Source: Mobula hypostoma
Taxonomy: Eukaryota
Direction of reading: 5' to 3'
Length of the DNA stretch: 64,000 nt
NCBI RefSeq assembly: GCF_963921235.1
Contig: NC_086101.1
Coordinates: forward strand, 7,194,001 to 7,258,000
The position numbers and the translations under genes are program-made. Positions 1 through 12,264 of the stretch are shown here, one piece after another. Under the pieces are notes generated by a model. The model ran no database searches. It was not told the DNA's origin and worked only from the letters and a program-made list of their open reading frames with translations. How positions within the stretch are numbered: position 1 is the first letter of the stretch; each line of letters begins with the position of its first letter.

Positions 1-4
1 CATT

Positions 5-232
5 GGGCACGTGGCCAAGTGGTTAAGGCGTTCGTCTAGTGATCTGAAGGTCGCTAGTTCGAGCCTCAGCTGTGGCAGCGTGTTTGTGTCCTTGAGCAAG
101 ACTCTTAACCACACATTGCTCTAGTGTCTGTGTGAGGAGTGGCGCCCCACACAGACTTCCAATCTGCGCTTTGTAAGGCATGAAAATGCCCGACACAGGC
201 CTCTCATGGTCTGAGTCAACATTCCCTTCCCT
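5..232 (+). mobile_element. tRNA-derived SINE
   Basis: Pol III A box TGGCCAAGTGG and B box GTTCGAGCC in a tRNA-like head, followed by GGCAGCGTG..GTGTCCTTGAGCAAG and a non-tRNA body. The same head recurs at about 306 and 22804. Confidence 0.75.
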
Positions 233-305
233 CCCCCCACCCTTCATTCTTACAATCCTATTGTGTCACAACCAGAGGTTGTTTTCGGATAAGTATGTGC
301 ATTGT

Positions 306-610
306 GCGTGGCCAAATGGTTAAGGCATTCGTCTAGTGATTTGCAGGTCTCTAGTTCGAGCCTTGGCCAAGGCAGCGTGTGTGTCCTTGAGCAAGGCACT
401 TAACCACACATTGCTCTGTGATGACACCGGTGCCAAGCTGTATGGGTCCTAATGCCCTTCGCTTGGACAATATCGGTGTCGTGGAGAGGGGAGACTTGCA
501 GCATGGGCAACTGCTGGTCTTCCATACAACCCTGCCTAGGCCTGCGCCTTGGAAACCTTCCAAGGCGCAAATCCATGGTCTCATGAGACTTACGGATGCC
601 TATATAAAAT
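306..610 (+). mobile_element. tRNA-derived SINE with target-site duplication
   Basis: Same head as 5-232 with a different body and an A/T-rich tail. Flanked by direct repeat TATGTGCATTGT at 294-305 and 614-625. Confidence 0.8.
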
Positions 611-744
611 AAATATGTGCATTGTATATTCTCAGTGTCACCTCATGGGTATGTTGAGTTTACCCTTTATGTCTAATTGTTTGTTTTTCGACTAGCTCTG
701 GTTTTTCACTTTGTTTTGCAGATTTGAGTATCCTACAAACTTGG

Positions 745-1225
745 ACCCAAAGATCTCTCTGACCCTCCACACTACCAATAGTCTTACCATTAATATTATA
801 TCCTGTCTTCAAATTTGACCTACTGAAATGAACCATTCACACTTATCTGTGTTGAAGTCTATCTGCCACTTCTCAGCCCAGTTCTGCATCTTATCAATGT
901 CCCGCTGTAACCTCTGACAACCCTCCACACTATCCACAACACCCCCAACCTTTGTGTCATCAGCAAACTTACTAACCCACCCTTCTACTTCCTCATCCAG
1001 GTCATTTATAAAAATCACAAAGAGGAGGAGCCCCAGAACAGATCCCTGTGGAACACCACTGGTCACCGACCTCCATGTAGAATATGTACCATCTACAACC
1101 ACCCTTTGACTTCTGTGGGCAAGTCAATTCTGAACCCTCTATGCAAGGTCTCCTTGGATTCCATGCCTCCTTACTTTCTGAAGGAGCCCTGCATGAGGAA
1201 GCTTATCAAATGCCTTACTGAAACC
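745..1225 (-). mobile_element. CR1 LINE RT fragment
   Basis: ORF 809-1102 contains SGVPQGSVLG and KFADDTK. Confidence 0.85.
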
Positions 1226-1519
1226 AATCTAGGAAGTCTAAGGCCACTAAGCCTTGCATTCGTGGTAGAGGAATTATTGGAGAGAATTTTTTTGGGTGTG
1301 ATTTACTCGCATTTAGAAAAGCACGAATTGTTATGGACACTTAGCATTGCACTGTGGGGTGGAGGATGAATGTTATATCTCACCGTTTATTTGATGGTCA
1401 TTGGGGAGTTTCATAATGCAGAGTTTGTTGGCTGTGTGGAACTTGATCGGCATCAACCCACTGTCCACAGGGTTCCCGCCCCACAACCGTTGGGCTCTGG
1501 CCACCAAACCCCAACACTT

Positions 1520-1970
1520 TCACAGATCCGGAGCTGATCCTTCGCCGGCTGTTTTCATCCATACAAAGTTCCTCCATGTTCCCAGTGAAGGGGATGTGAT
1601 TTGTTCTCGGCATTGTAAAAAGAAACTGTCCCAGACTCGTAACTGTGATAAACTCCCACACTCTGGGGGACAGGACCGGTAGGGAGACGGGACCGAGGGG
1701 AGGTGAGAACATAAAACCCATCATCACTCTGCCCGAGATGCCAGACTCCATCCTCCGATAAGATGGGCCACTCTTTCCCTCCCGTCTCCTCCACCGATTT
1801 TCCGACGTGTTCTCTTTCCAGTAATGGCTCCCCAATGTGAATCACTCCTATCTCAGCACACAAGCCAGGCTGTGAGCCTCCTCCCAGTGTCAGGGAGATT
1901 CCTCTGGGCTTTCGATCCTCTGTCACTTCCAACTCCAGATTCGCCGTTTCCACATCCGGGGTGGTGGAGA
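1520..1970 (-). pseudogene. B30.2 (PRY-SPRY) terminal exon remnant, copy 1
   Basis: Motifs DVETANLELEVTED, SHYW, VGVYHSYESGTVSFYNAE and FTGN spread over several frames. Compared with the 8886 copy, the acceptor AG is changed to TG. Confidence 0.85.
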
Positions 1971-2499
1971 CAGTGGGGAGAAGCAGATAATTAGAGAAGT
2001 CCTGGGGATTGGGGGCAGTGGCGTGTTTTTGGTGTGGACTCAGGCTGCACAGTCCAATCAGAGGCCTGATCCGAGGCCACTCGGCTTCAGCGCAATTGGG
2101 TGGCTTACCGGGGTTTCACAGGAACTTGGGGGGGCGGGGGGCACAATAAATTGATAGCAAGCTTCTGCCAAGTATTTGTTTTTATGATCTGTTTAGGGGC
2201 ATGGTCAATGGAGAAGAAAAAGGATGGGAAGGTAAGGGCAAGGAGAGTGATAGAAAGTATGAGAGCGGTGCGGAGGGCAGGATGGGGAGAACACAAGAGA
2301 AATCAAAATGAAGGGAGACCCGAAAGAACACAGATGCTGGAATCTGGAGAACTCACATACCACTGGAGGAACTCAGCAGGTTGAGCAGCTTCTGTGAGAG
2401 AGAAGAAATTAAGAGTTTCCTCCCGAGACCATGCAGAGCGGAGAGAGAAGATGGTGGAGTAAAGACGTCAGAATGGGTGGGAGGTGACAAGTGGGCAGC

Positions 2500-2742
2500 A
2501 GGGTAGCGGAGAGGTTAGCACAACGCTTTACACTACGGGTTCAATTCCTGACCCTGTTTGTACCTTCTCCCCGTGACCGTGTGGATTTCCTCCGGGTGCT
2601 CCGGTTTCCTCCCACTCTACAAAGAGGTATCAGTTGGTAGATTCATTGGTCATTGTAAGTTGTCCCCTGATTCGGCTAGGGTTAAACCAGGGAGTTGCTT
2701 GGAGGTGTGGCTCGAAGGGCCAGAAGGGCCTAATCCACACTG
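2500..2742 (+). mobile_element. V-SINE (HE1-like)
   Basis: Central CTCCCCGTGACCGTGTGGATTTCCTCCGGGTGCTCCGGTTTCCTCCCAC V-domain-like core and a CR1-like 3' end. Confidence 0.7.
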
Positions 2743-3360
2743 TCATCAGCATCATCATCATCATCAGGGGCCGTGCCCAGTTTGAGCTTTGACTGCCATG
2801 GCCCACACACTCCTGTTTCGAGTCAAGTGGATCACTGGTCAAACGGGTCATTGCTATTCATTTCCAGTTCTCTGGCTGCTGTCTCCATCATCGTTTGTCT
2901 TTGTCTTCCTCTTGCTTTCTTCCCTTCAATTTTTCCCATAATTACCGTGCATTCTAACTCCTCTTTCCTAATCACATGTCCAATGAAGTTACATTGCCTT
3001 TTCATGATCTCATACATTATTTCTCTTTTTGTGTTTGCTCTGTTCATGACGTCCTCGTTAGATATTTGTTTCATCCATGATATTCTCTGAATCCTCCTCA
3101 AAAACCCATCTCTGCTGCTACAATTCGTTTCCTCATGTTACTAGATATTGTCCAACACTCTGATCCATATAACATAACTGGATAAACGTAACATTTCAGT
3201 ACTCTGAGGCGGGTTGTCATGCCTAGTTTAGTGTTGGTCAGTCTACTCTTCATTCTCGTAAAGGTGTCTTTTGCCATCCCTATTCTTCTTTTGATGTCCA
3301 AGTCGCACCTGCCATCTGATGACACCCAACTTCCTAAGTAGCAAAAGTTCTGTACTTCAA
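2743..3360 (-). mobile_element. RTE-clade LINE, 3' portion
   Basis: ORFs 3098-3385 and 2832-3101 give FCYLGS..DIKRRIGMAK, LYGSECW and GKIEGKKARGRQR. A (TGA)n tail lies at 2743-2765. Confidence 0.85.
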
Positions 3361-3402
3361 TGAATAAATCAATAAAATGGAACATGAAGGGGTGGGGGGG
3401 GG

Positions 3403-3480
3403 GGAGCCCGAGAGGAGATGAGAAGGGAGGAGCCCGAGAGGAGACGAGAAGGGAGGAGCCCGAGCGGAGATGGGAAGGGA
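3403..3480. repeat. 26-bp tandem repeat, 3 copies
   Basis: Unit GGAGCCCGAGAGGAGATGAGAAGGGA with 1-2 substitutions per copy. Confidence 0.85.
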
Positions 3481-3669
3481 GGCTGACAGATGCAGATAGG
3501 TGATGTGGATTAAAGGGCAGCGGAGTGAGATGGGGGGGGCTTGGGGGAGTTAGGGAGGAAGAGTGGGGAGGTAAAACTGGAAAGAAAGGCTGCTCGTGCA
3601 GGAATGTAATAAATTAGGGAGGTGATAATGTGATCTCTTCTACTGAGGAAGGAAGGCAGATGGAACAAG

Positions 3670-3998
3670 ATAATGTACAAGATAATAAGAGGAATAGATA
3701 GAGTGGATAGCCAGCACCTCTTCCCCAGGGCACCACTGCTCAATACAAGAGGACATGGCTTTAAGGTAAGGGGTGGGAAGTTCAAGGGGGATATTAGAGG
3801 AAAGTTTTTTACTCAGAGAGTGGTTGGTGCATGGAATGCACTGCCTGAGTCAGTGGTGGAGGCAGATACACTAGTGAAGTTTAAGAGACTACTAGACAGG
3901 TATATGGAGGAATCTAAGGTGGGGGCTTATATGGGAGGCAGGGTTTGAGGGTCAGCACAACATTGTGGGCCGAAGGGCCTGTACTGTGCTATTCTATG
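3670..3998 (+). mobile_element. CR1 3' end, 5'-truncated
   Basis: ORF 3673-3948 is almost identical to the C-terminus of ORF 4749-5672. Ends in TGTACTGTGCTATTCTATG. Confidence 0.9.
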
Positions 3999-4194
3999 AA
4001 CCAGAGAAAGGAAATTATTATTTTAGATATAGAGCACAGAAGAGACCCTCTCAGTCCACTGAGCTGCACCTCCCAGCAATCCATCTATGCCACCCTAGCC
4101 TAACCACAGGACAATTCACAATGACCAATTGCCCTACCACCAGGTGCATCTTTGCACTGTGGGCAGAAACCAGCACATTTGGAGTGCAAACAAA

Positions 4195-4452
4195 TCCAGT
4201 CTGCAGCAGTTCTGTGGGTGAAAACATATTGTCAGCGAAGAATGGCCAGACTAGTTTGAGCTGACGGGAAGACAGCAGTAACTCAGATAACCACCTGTTA
4301 CAACAGCGGTGAGGAGAAAGGCATCTCTATACGTACAGCACGTCGATCGTTGAAGTGGGTGGACAAGAGCAGCAGAAGACCACACCGGCTTCCACCACTG
4401 TGGCCGTTTTATTGGGTACACGGCGGTGCTTAATGAAGTGGGCAGTGAGTGT
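4195..4452 (+). mobile_element. Tc1/mariner-like non-autonomous DNA transposon fragment
   Basis: Shares GCAGTTCTGTGGGTGAAA with the window end. The terminal TAATGAAGTGGGCAGTGAGTG resembles the reverse complement of the element start at about 61882. Confidence 0.55.
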
Positions 4453-4679
4453 GTACACACCTGCTGCCACCTGGCACGTCGCAGGTGTGACTCGCTATGT
4501 GCTAACACAGAAGTTTTATAGGGAACAGACACACCCTGAAGTTCCTGTTGCCACGGAACGCTCAGGTGCTGAGTCCTGTCTAACGCTCTGCCAGCATTTG
4601 AAGGCACACTAAGCACGCTGATGTTCGGTGTGTGGAATGTAATAACTGGATGACTATGACTTTGTAGGCTAGATGATAT

Positions 4680-7600
4680 AATAGAACATAGAATATAGAA
4701 TAGTACAGCACAGTACAGGCCCTTTGGCCCACAATGTTGTGCCAACCCTCAAACCCTGCCTCCCATATAAGCCCCCACCTTAGATTCCTCCATATACCTG
4801 TCTAGTAGTCTCTTAAACTTCACTAGTGTATCTGCATCCACCACTGACTCAGGCAGTGCATTCCACGCACCAACCACTTTCTGAGTAAAAAACCTTCCTC
4901 TAATATCCCCCTTGAACTTCCCACCTCTTACCTTAAAGCCATGTCCTCTTGTATTGAGCAGTGGTGCCCTGGGGAAGAGGCGCTTGCTATCCACTCTATC
5001 TATTCCTCTTATTATCTTGTACACCTCTATCATGTCTCCTCTCATCCTCCTTCTCTCCAAAGAGTAAAGCCCTAGCTCCCTTAATCTCTGATCATAATGC
5101 ATACTTTCTAAACCAGGCAGCATCCTGGTAAATCTCCTCTGTACCCTTTCCAATGCTTCCACATCCTTCCTATAGTGAGGTGACCAGAACTGGACACAAT
5201 ACTCCAAGTGTGGCCTAACCAGAGTTTTATAGAGCTGCATCATTACATCGTGACTCTTAAACTCTATCCCTCGACTTATGAAAGCTAACACCTCATAAGC
5301 TTTCTTAACTACCCTATCCGCCTGTGAGGCAACTTTCGGGGATCTGTGGACATGTACCCCGAGATCCCACTGCTCCTCCACACTACCAAGTATCCTGCCA
5401 TTTACTTTGTACTCTGCCTTGGAGTTTGTCCTTCCAAAGTGTACCACCTCACACTTCTCCGGGTTGAACTCCATCTGCCACTTCTCAGCCCACTTCGGCA
5501 TCCTATCAATGTCTCTCTGCAATCTTTGACAATCCTCTACACTATCTACAACACCACCAACCTTTGTGTCGTCTGCAAACTTGCCAACCCACCCTTCTAC
5601 CCCCACATCCAGGTCGTTAATAAAAATCACGAAAAGTAGAATGTCCCAGAACAGATCCTTGTGGGACACCACTAGTCACAATCCTCCAATCTGAATGTAC
5701 TCCCTCCACCACCACCCTCTGCCTTCTGCAGGCAAGCCAATTCTGAATCCACCTGGCCAAACTTCCCTGGATCCCATGCTTTCTAACTTTCTGAATAAGC
5801 CTACCGTGTGGAACCTTGTCAAATGCCTTACTAAAATCCATATAGATCACCTCCACTGCACTACCCTCATCTATATGCCTGGTCACCTCCTCAAAGAACT
5901 CTATCAGGCTTGTTAGACATGATCTGCCCATCACAAAGCCATGCTGACTGTCCCTGATCAGACCATGATTCTCTAAATGCCTATAGATCCTATCTCTAAG
6001 AATCTTTTCCAACAGCTTTCCCACCACTGACGTAAGGCTCACTGGTCTATAATTACCCGGACTATCCCTACTACCTTTTTTGAACAAGGGAACAACATTC
6101 GCCTCCCTCCAGTCCTCCGGTACCATTCCCGTGGACAACGAGGGCATAAAGATCCTAGCCAGAGGCTCAGCAATCTCTTCTCTCGCCTCCTGGAGCAGCC
6201 TGGGGAATATTCCGTCAGGCACCGGGGACTTATCTGTCCCAATGTATTTTAACAACTCCAACACCTCCTCTCCCTTAATATCAGCATGCTCCAGAACATC
6301 AACCTCACTCATATCGTCCTCACCATCATCAAGTTCCCTCTCATTGGTGAATACCGAAGAGAAGTATTCATTGAGGACCTCGCACACTTCCACAGCCTCC
6401 AGGCACATCTTTCCACCTTTATCTCTAATTGGTCCTACCTTCACTCCTGTCATCCTTTTGTTCTTCACATAATTGAAGAATGCCTTGGGGTTTTCCTTTA
6501 CCCTACTCGCCAAGGCCTTCTCATTCCCCCTTCTTGCTCTTCTCAGCCCCTTCTTAAGCTCCTTTCTTGCTTCCCTATATTCCTCAATAGACCCATCTGA
6601 TCCTTGCTTCCTAAACCTCATGTATGCTGCCTTCTTCCTCCTGACTAGATTTTCCACCTCACTTGTCACCCATGGTTCCTTCACCCTACCATTTTTTATC
6701 TTCCTCACCGGTACAATTTTATCCCTTACATCCCGCAAGAGATCTCTAAACATCGACCACATGTCCACAGTACATTTCCCTGCAAAAACATCATCCCAAT
6801 TCACACCCGCATTTCTAGCATTATAGCCTCATAATTTGCCTTTCCTCAATTAAAAAATTTCCTGTCCTCTTTGATTCTATCCTTTTCCATGATAATTATA
6901 AAGGCCAGGGAGCGGTGGTCACTGTCCCCCAGATGCTCACCCACTGAGAGATCTGTGACCTGACCCAGTTCATTACCTAGTACTAGATCTAGTATGGCAT
7001 TCCCCCTGGTCAGCCTGTCCACATACTGTGACAGGAATCCATCCTGGACACACTTAACGAACTCTGCCCCATCTAAACCCTTGGAACTAATCAGGTGCCA
7101 ATCAATATTAGGGAAGTTAAAGTCACCCATGATAACAACCCTGTTATTTTTGCACCTTTCCAAAATCTGCCTCCCAATCTGCTCCTCTGTATCTCTGCTG
7201 CTACCAGGGGGCCTATAGGATACCCCCAGTAGAGTAACTGCTCCCTTCCTGTTCCTGACTTCCACCCATATTGACTCAAAAGAGGATCCTGCTACATTAC
7301 CCACCCTTTCTGTAGCTGTAATAGTATCCCTAACCAGTAATGCCACCCCTCCTCCCCTTTTTCCACCCTTTCTATCCCTGTTAAAGCACTGAAATCCAGG
7401 AATATTGAGAATCCATTCCTGCCCTGGTGCCAGCCAAGTCTCTGTAATGGCCACTACATCATAATTCCATGTATGTATCCAAGCTCGCAGTTCATCACCT
7501 TTGTTCCTGATGCTTCTTGCATTGAGGTACACACATTTCAGCCCTTCTACCTTACTGTCTTTACACCATTTATTCTGCTTCTCTTTCCTCAAAGCCTCTC
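4680..7600 (-). mobile_element. CR1 LINE ORF2 (APE endonuclease + RT), 5'-truncated, three lesions
   Basis: ORF 6846-7625 has YLNARS, ETW, GDFN and SDH. ORF 5617-6804 has NYRPVSLTS and DFSKAFD. ORF 4749-5672 has FADDTK. Lesions are TGA at 6846 and frameshifts near 6810 and 5645. TTCTAT-type tail at 4680-4710. Confidence 0.95.
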
Positions 7601-8039
7601 TGTATAATGGATATAATGAATCCACGGAGGCCTTGTTGTGTTTTTTGCCTTAGTAATTTTACATATATGAATCATACATCAATATTTTATGAATAGAGTT
7701 TATTTGTGAACTAAAATATATTCATAAATTCACAAAAATATTTCATTTCCCATTATGGATACAGGCAATGTGTTAAAACCAGGAAATGCCAGGGCACATC
7801 TCAGTAGCTTTCATAGAGTGAATGTCATAGAGTAGTGTCCTTCGACTCGTCTAGTCTGAGCTGAACAGTTATTCTGCATAGTCCCATTGACTTTCCATTT
7901 CTCACTTTCCACTTCCAGGCCCGTTAGGGTTCACATTGCAGAGTTTTGGAGTTAACATGAGACCCATGCCGTGTCAACTTGTTATCAGCCCCAAGGCTCC
8001 TCAAGCCCGCTCCGGATGCTGGTTCTGGGACCATTTACT

Positions 8040-8255
8040 GACCTGGAGTGCGACTACAGCAGATTCTCAGCCAGTCTCCATCCCAAGTCCGAAAGAAAGG
8101 ATTGGGCTTCCCTGTGAAGGTGAGCAGATGAGGCTGGGTCTCCACGATGTAAAATGAAATGGTCCTGAACTTGTAACTGAGATACACTCCCACCCTCTCA
8201 GGGGTGAGACTGGCAGGGAGACGGGATTCAGGGGCCGTGACTGGAGAGAAGCAAT
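8040..8255 (-). pseudogene. Partial SPRY C-terminal half, B30.2 copy 2
   Basis: My translation is SRLPASLTPERVGVYLSYKFRTISFYIVETQPHLLTFTGKPNPFFRTWDGDWLRIC. No PRY portion is present. Confidence 0.75.
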
Positions 8256-8359
8256 CATCCCATGAGGTGCTCGAGACTCATATCACATTTATTTCACTCT
8301 CCGCGGATTTGTATTTACACTGACATACTGCTGACACCGGACCCAGGACCCGACCCGTT

Positions 8360-8886
8360 TACAGACCTGGTTTGGAACTGGAGCAGATTCTCAGCCAGTT
8401 TCCATCCGAAGTGCAGAAGAAAGGATAGAGCTTCTTCGTGAATTTATTCCCAGTGAAGGTATGGAGATGGAACTTGGTCTCCGCGTTGTAAAATGAAACT
8501 CTCCCGAACTCGTAACTGAGATAGACTCCCACCCTCCCGGGGAGGACACCAGCAAGGCAACGGGATCGAGTGGAATTGTTTATGTGAATCAGGTCATCAA
8601 CCTGCTCGATGGTCCAGATTCCAGAGTCCGGTGTCAGTTTGATGTCCTTCTTCCTTTCCGCAAACTGTGGCGATTCCCAGTCTCCAGCCCAGATTCTTCT
8701 CTACCGCCACCTCCCAGCAGTGTCTCCCCGAGGTGAATCCTTCCGATCCCAGCACACAGCTCCAGACTGTGAACCTCCTTCTGTTGTTCCGGAAAATCCT
8801 CGGCAGCGGGCTCCACCTCAATCCTCTGAGATCTTCAGACACCTCGAGCTCCAGATGCGCCGTTTCCACATCCAGGGTCACGGAGA
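8360..8886 (-). pseudogene. B30.2 terminal exon, copy 3 (likely exon 6 of the TRIM pseudogene)
   Basis: Intact polypyrimidine-AG acceptor, phase 1. Reads [33 protein letters not shown], then a frameshift near 8665, then RVGVYLSYEFGRVSFYNAETKFHLHTFTGNKFTKKLYPF. Confidence 0.9.
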
Positions 8887-9225
8887 CTGGGGGGAGAAGC
8901 AGAAAGTTAGAGAGTTCCCAGGGGTGATTTGTGGTTTGCTGAGGGAGGTTACTTCAGGAAAATTATGGGACTTTGAAATATAGAGACTTCTATATATCTA
9001 GCAAGTTGTAGCAATATCTCAGAGAATTTGTACAGAATGTTATTTGTTTAGTTCCAATACAGTATTTAAGTTGTAATGTTTGTTTTTTATTAGTCATCAA
9101 GTTACAATAGGGTATTTTAAGAGACTCTTAGAAACATAGAAACATAGAAAATAGGTGCAGGAGTAGGCCATTCGGCCCTTCAAGCCTGCACCGCCATTTA
9201 TTATGATCATGGCTGATCATCCAAC

Positions 9226-12200
9226 TCAGAACCCCACCCCAGCCTTCCCTCCATACCCCCTGATCCCCGTAGCCACAAGGGCCATATCTAACTCCCTCTT
9301 AAATATAGCCAATGAACTGGCCTCAACTGTTTCCTGTGGCAGAGAATTCCACAGATTCACCACTCTCTGTGTGAAGAAGGTTTTCCTAATCTCGGTCCTA
9401 AAAGGCTTCCCCTCTATCCTCAAACTGTGACCCCTCATTCTGGACTTCCCCAACATCGGGAACAATCTTCCTGCATCTAGCCTGTCCAATCCCTTTAGGA
9501 TCTTATACGTTTCAATCAGATCCCCCCTCAATCTTCTAAATTCCAACGAGTACAAGCCCAGTTCATCCAGTCTTTCTTCATATGAAAGTCCTGCCATCCC
9601 AGGAATCAATCTGGTGAACCTTCTTTGTACTCCCTCTATGACAAAGATGTCTTTCCTCAGATTAGGGGACCAAAACTGCACACAATACTCCAGGTGTGGT
9701 CTCACCAAGGCCTTGTACAACTGCAGTAGTACCTCCCTGCTCCTGTACTCGAATCCTCTCGCTATAAATGCCAGCATACCATTCACCTTTTTCACCGCCT
9801 GCTGTACCTGCATGCCCACTTTCAATGACTGGTGTATAATGACACCCAGGTCTCGTTGCACCTCCCCTTTTCCTAATCGGCCACCATTCAGATAATAATC
9901 TGTTTTCCTATTTTTGCCACCAAAGTGGATAACTTCACATTTATCCACATTAAATTGCATCTGCCATGATTTTGCCCACTCACCCAACCTATCCAAGTCA
10001 CCCTGCATCCTCTTAGCATCCTTCTCACAGCTAACACTGCCACCCAGCTTCGTGTCATCTGCAAACTTGGAGATGCTGCATTTAATTCCCTCATCCAAGT
10101 CATTAATATATATTGTAAACAACTGGGGTCCCAGCACTGAGCCTTGCGGTACCCCACTAGTCACCGCCTGCCATTCTGAAAAGGTCCCGTTTATTCCCAC
10201 TCTTTGCTTCCTGTCTGCTAATCAATTCTCCACCCACACCAATACCTTACCCCCAATACCGTGTGCTTTAAGTTTCCACACTAATCTCCTGTGTGGGACC
10301 TTGTCAAAAGCCTTTTGAAAATCCAAATATACCACATCCACTGGTTCTCCCCTATCCACTCTACTAGTTACATCCTCAAAAAATTCCATGAGATTCGTCA
10401 GACATGATTTTCCTTTCACAAATCCATGCTGACTTTGTCCGATCATTTCACCGCTTTCCAAATGTGCTGTTATCACATCCTTGATAACTGACTCCAGCAG
10501 TTTCCCCACCACCGACGTTAGGCTAACTGGTCTATAATTCCCCAGTTTCTCTCTCCCTCCTTTTTTAAAAAGTGGGGTTACATTAGCCACCCTCCAATCC
10601 TCAGGAACTAGTCCAGAATCTAATGAGTTTTGAAAAATTATCACTAATGCATCCACTATTTCTTGGGCTACTTCCTTAAGCACTCTAGGATGCAGACCAT
10701 CTGGCCATGGGGATTTATCTGCCTTCAATCCCTTCAATTTACCTAACACCACTTCCCTACTAACATGTATTTCACTCAGTTCCTCCATCTCACTGGACCC
10801 TCTGTCCCCAACTATTTCTGGAAGATTATTTATGTCCTCCTTAGTGAAGACAGAACCAAAGTAATTATTCAATTGGTCTGCCATGTCCTTGCTCCCCATA
10901 ATCAATTCACCTGTTTCTGTCTGCAGGGGACCTACATTTGTCTTTACCAGTCTTTTCCTTTTTACATATCTATAAAAGCTTTTACAGTCCGTTTTTATGT
11001 TCCCCGTCAGTTTTCTCTCATAATCTTTTTTTCCCCTTCCTAATTAAGCCCTTTGTCCTCCTCTGCTGAAATCTGAATTTCTCCCAGTCCTCAGGTGAGC
11101 CACTTTCTCTGGCTAATTTGTATGCTACTTCTTTGGAATTGATACTATCCCTAATTTCTCTTGTCAGCCACGGGTGCACTACCTTCCTTGATTTATTCTT
11201 TTGCCAAACTGGGATGAACAATTGTTGTAGTTCATCCATGCAACCTTTAAATGCTTGCCATTGCATATCCACCGTCAATCCTTTAAGTGTCATTTGCCAG
11301 TCTATCTTAGCTAATTCACGTCTCATACCTTCAAAGTTACCCCTCTTTAAGTTCAGAACCTTTGTTTCTGAATTAACTCTGTCACTCTCCATATTAATGA
11401 AGAATTCCACCATATTATGGTCACTCTTACCCAAGGGGCCTCTCACGACAAGATTGCTAATTAACCCTTCCTCATTGCTCAAAACCCAGTCCAGAATAGC
11501 CTGCTCTCTAGTTGGTTCCTCGCCATGTTGGTTCAAAAAACCATCCCGCATACATTCCAAGAAATCCTCTTCCTCAGCACCTTTACCAATTTGGTTCACC
11601 CAATCTACATGTAGATTGAAGTCACCCATTATAACTGCTGTTCCTTTATTGCACACATTTCTAATTTCCTCTTTAATACCATCTCCGACCTCACTACTAC
11701 TGTTAGGTGGCCTGTACACAACTCCCACCAGCGTCTTCTGCCCCTTAGTGTTACGCAGCTCTACCCATTTCGATTCCACATCTTCCCGGCTTATGTCCTT
11801 CCTTTCTATTGTGTTAATCTCTTCTTTAACCAGCAACGCCACCCCACCTCCCCTTCCTTCATGTCTATCCCTCCTGAATATTGAATATCCCTGAACGTTG
11901 AGCTCCCATCCCTGGTCACCCTGGAGCCATGTCTCTGTGATCCCAACTATATCATAATCATTAATAACAATCTGCACTTTCAATTCATCCACCTTATTAC
12001 GAATGCTCCTTGCATTGACACACAAAGCCTTCAGGCGCTCTTTTACAACTCTCTTAGCCCTTATACAATTATGTTGAAAAGTGGCCCTTTTTAATGCTTG
12101 CCCTGGATTTGTCGGCCTGCCACTTTTATTCTTCTCCTTTGTACTTTTTGCTTCTACCCTCACTTTACACCCCTCTGTCTCTCTGCACTGGTTCCCATCC

Positions 12201-12259
12201 CTCTGTTGTGAACTAACCTCCTCACGCCTAGCCTCTTTAATTTGATTCCCACCCCCCAA
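9226..12259 (-). pseudogene. CR1 ORF2p with two lesions
   Basis: One extra A in a run near 11023 (KGKKRL* instead of KGKKDYERKL) and an in-frame TGA at 10222-10224 (EN*LADRKQRV). Otherwise open. Confidence 0.85.
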
Positions 12260-12264
12260 CCATT

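Noticed and set aside
5..80. tRNA gene
   Set aside because: A and B boxes are present, but the acceptor and T stems do not pair properly and the sequence runs into a repeated SINE body.
2109..2188. TRIM linker exon upstream of B30.2 copy 1
   Set aside because: AG and GTAAG edges exist on the minus strand, but the required frame has stops and shows no similarity to the other linker exons.
11118..11894. 258-aa plus-strand ORF
   Set aside because: Antisense shadow of CR1 ORF2 with no independent protein features.
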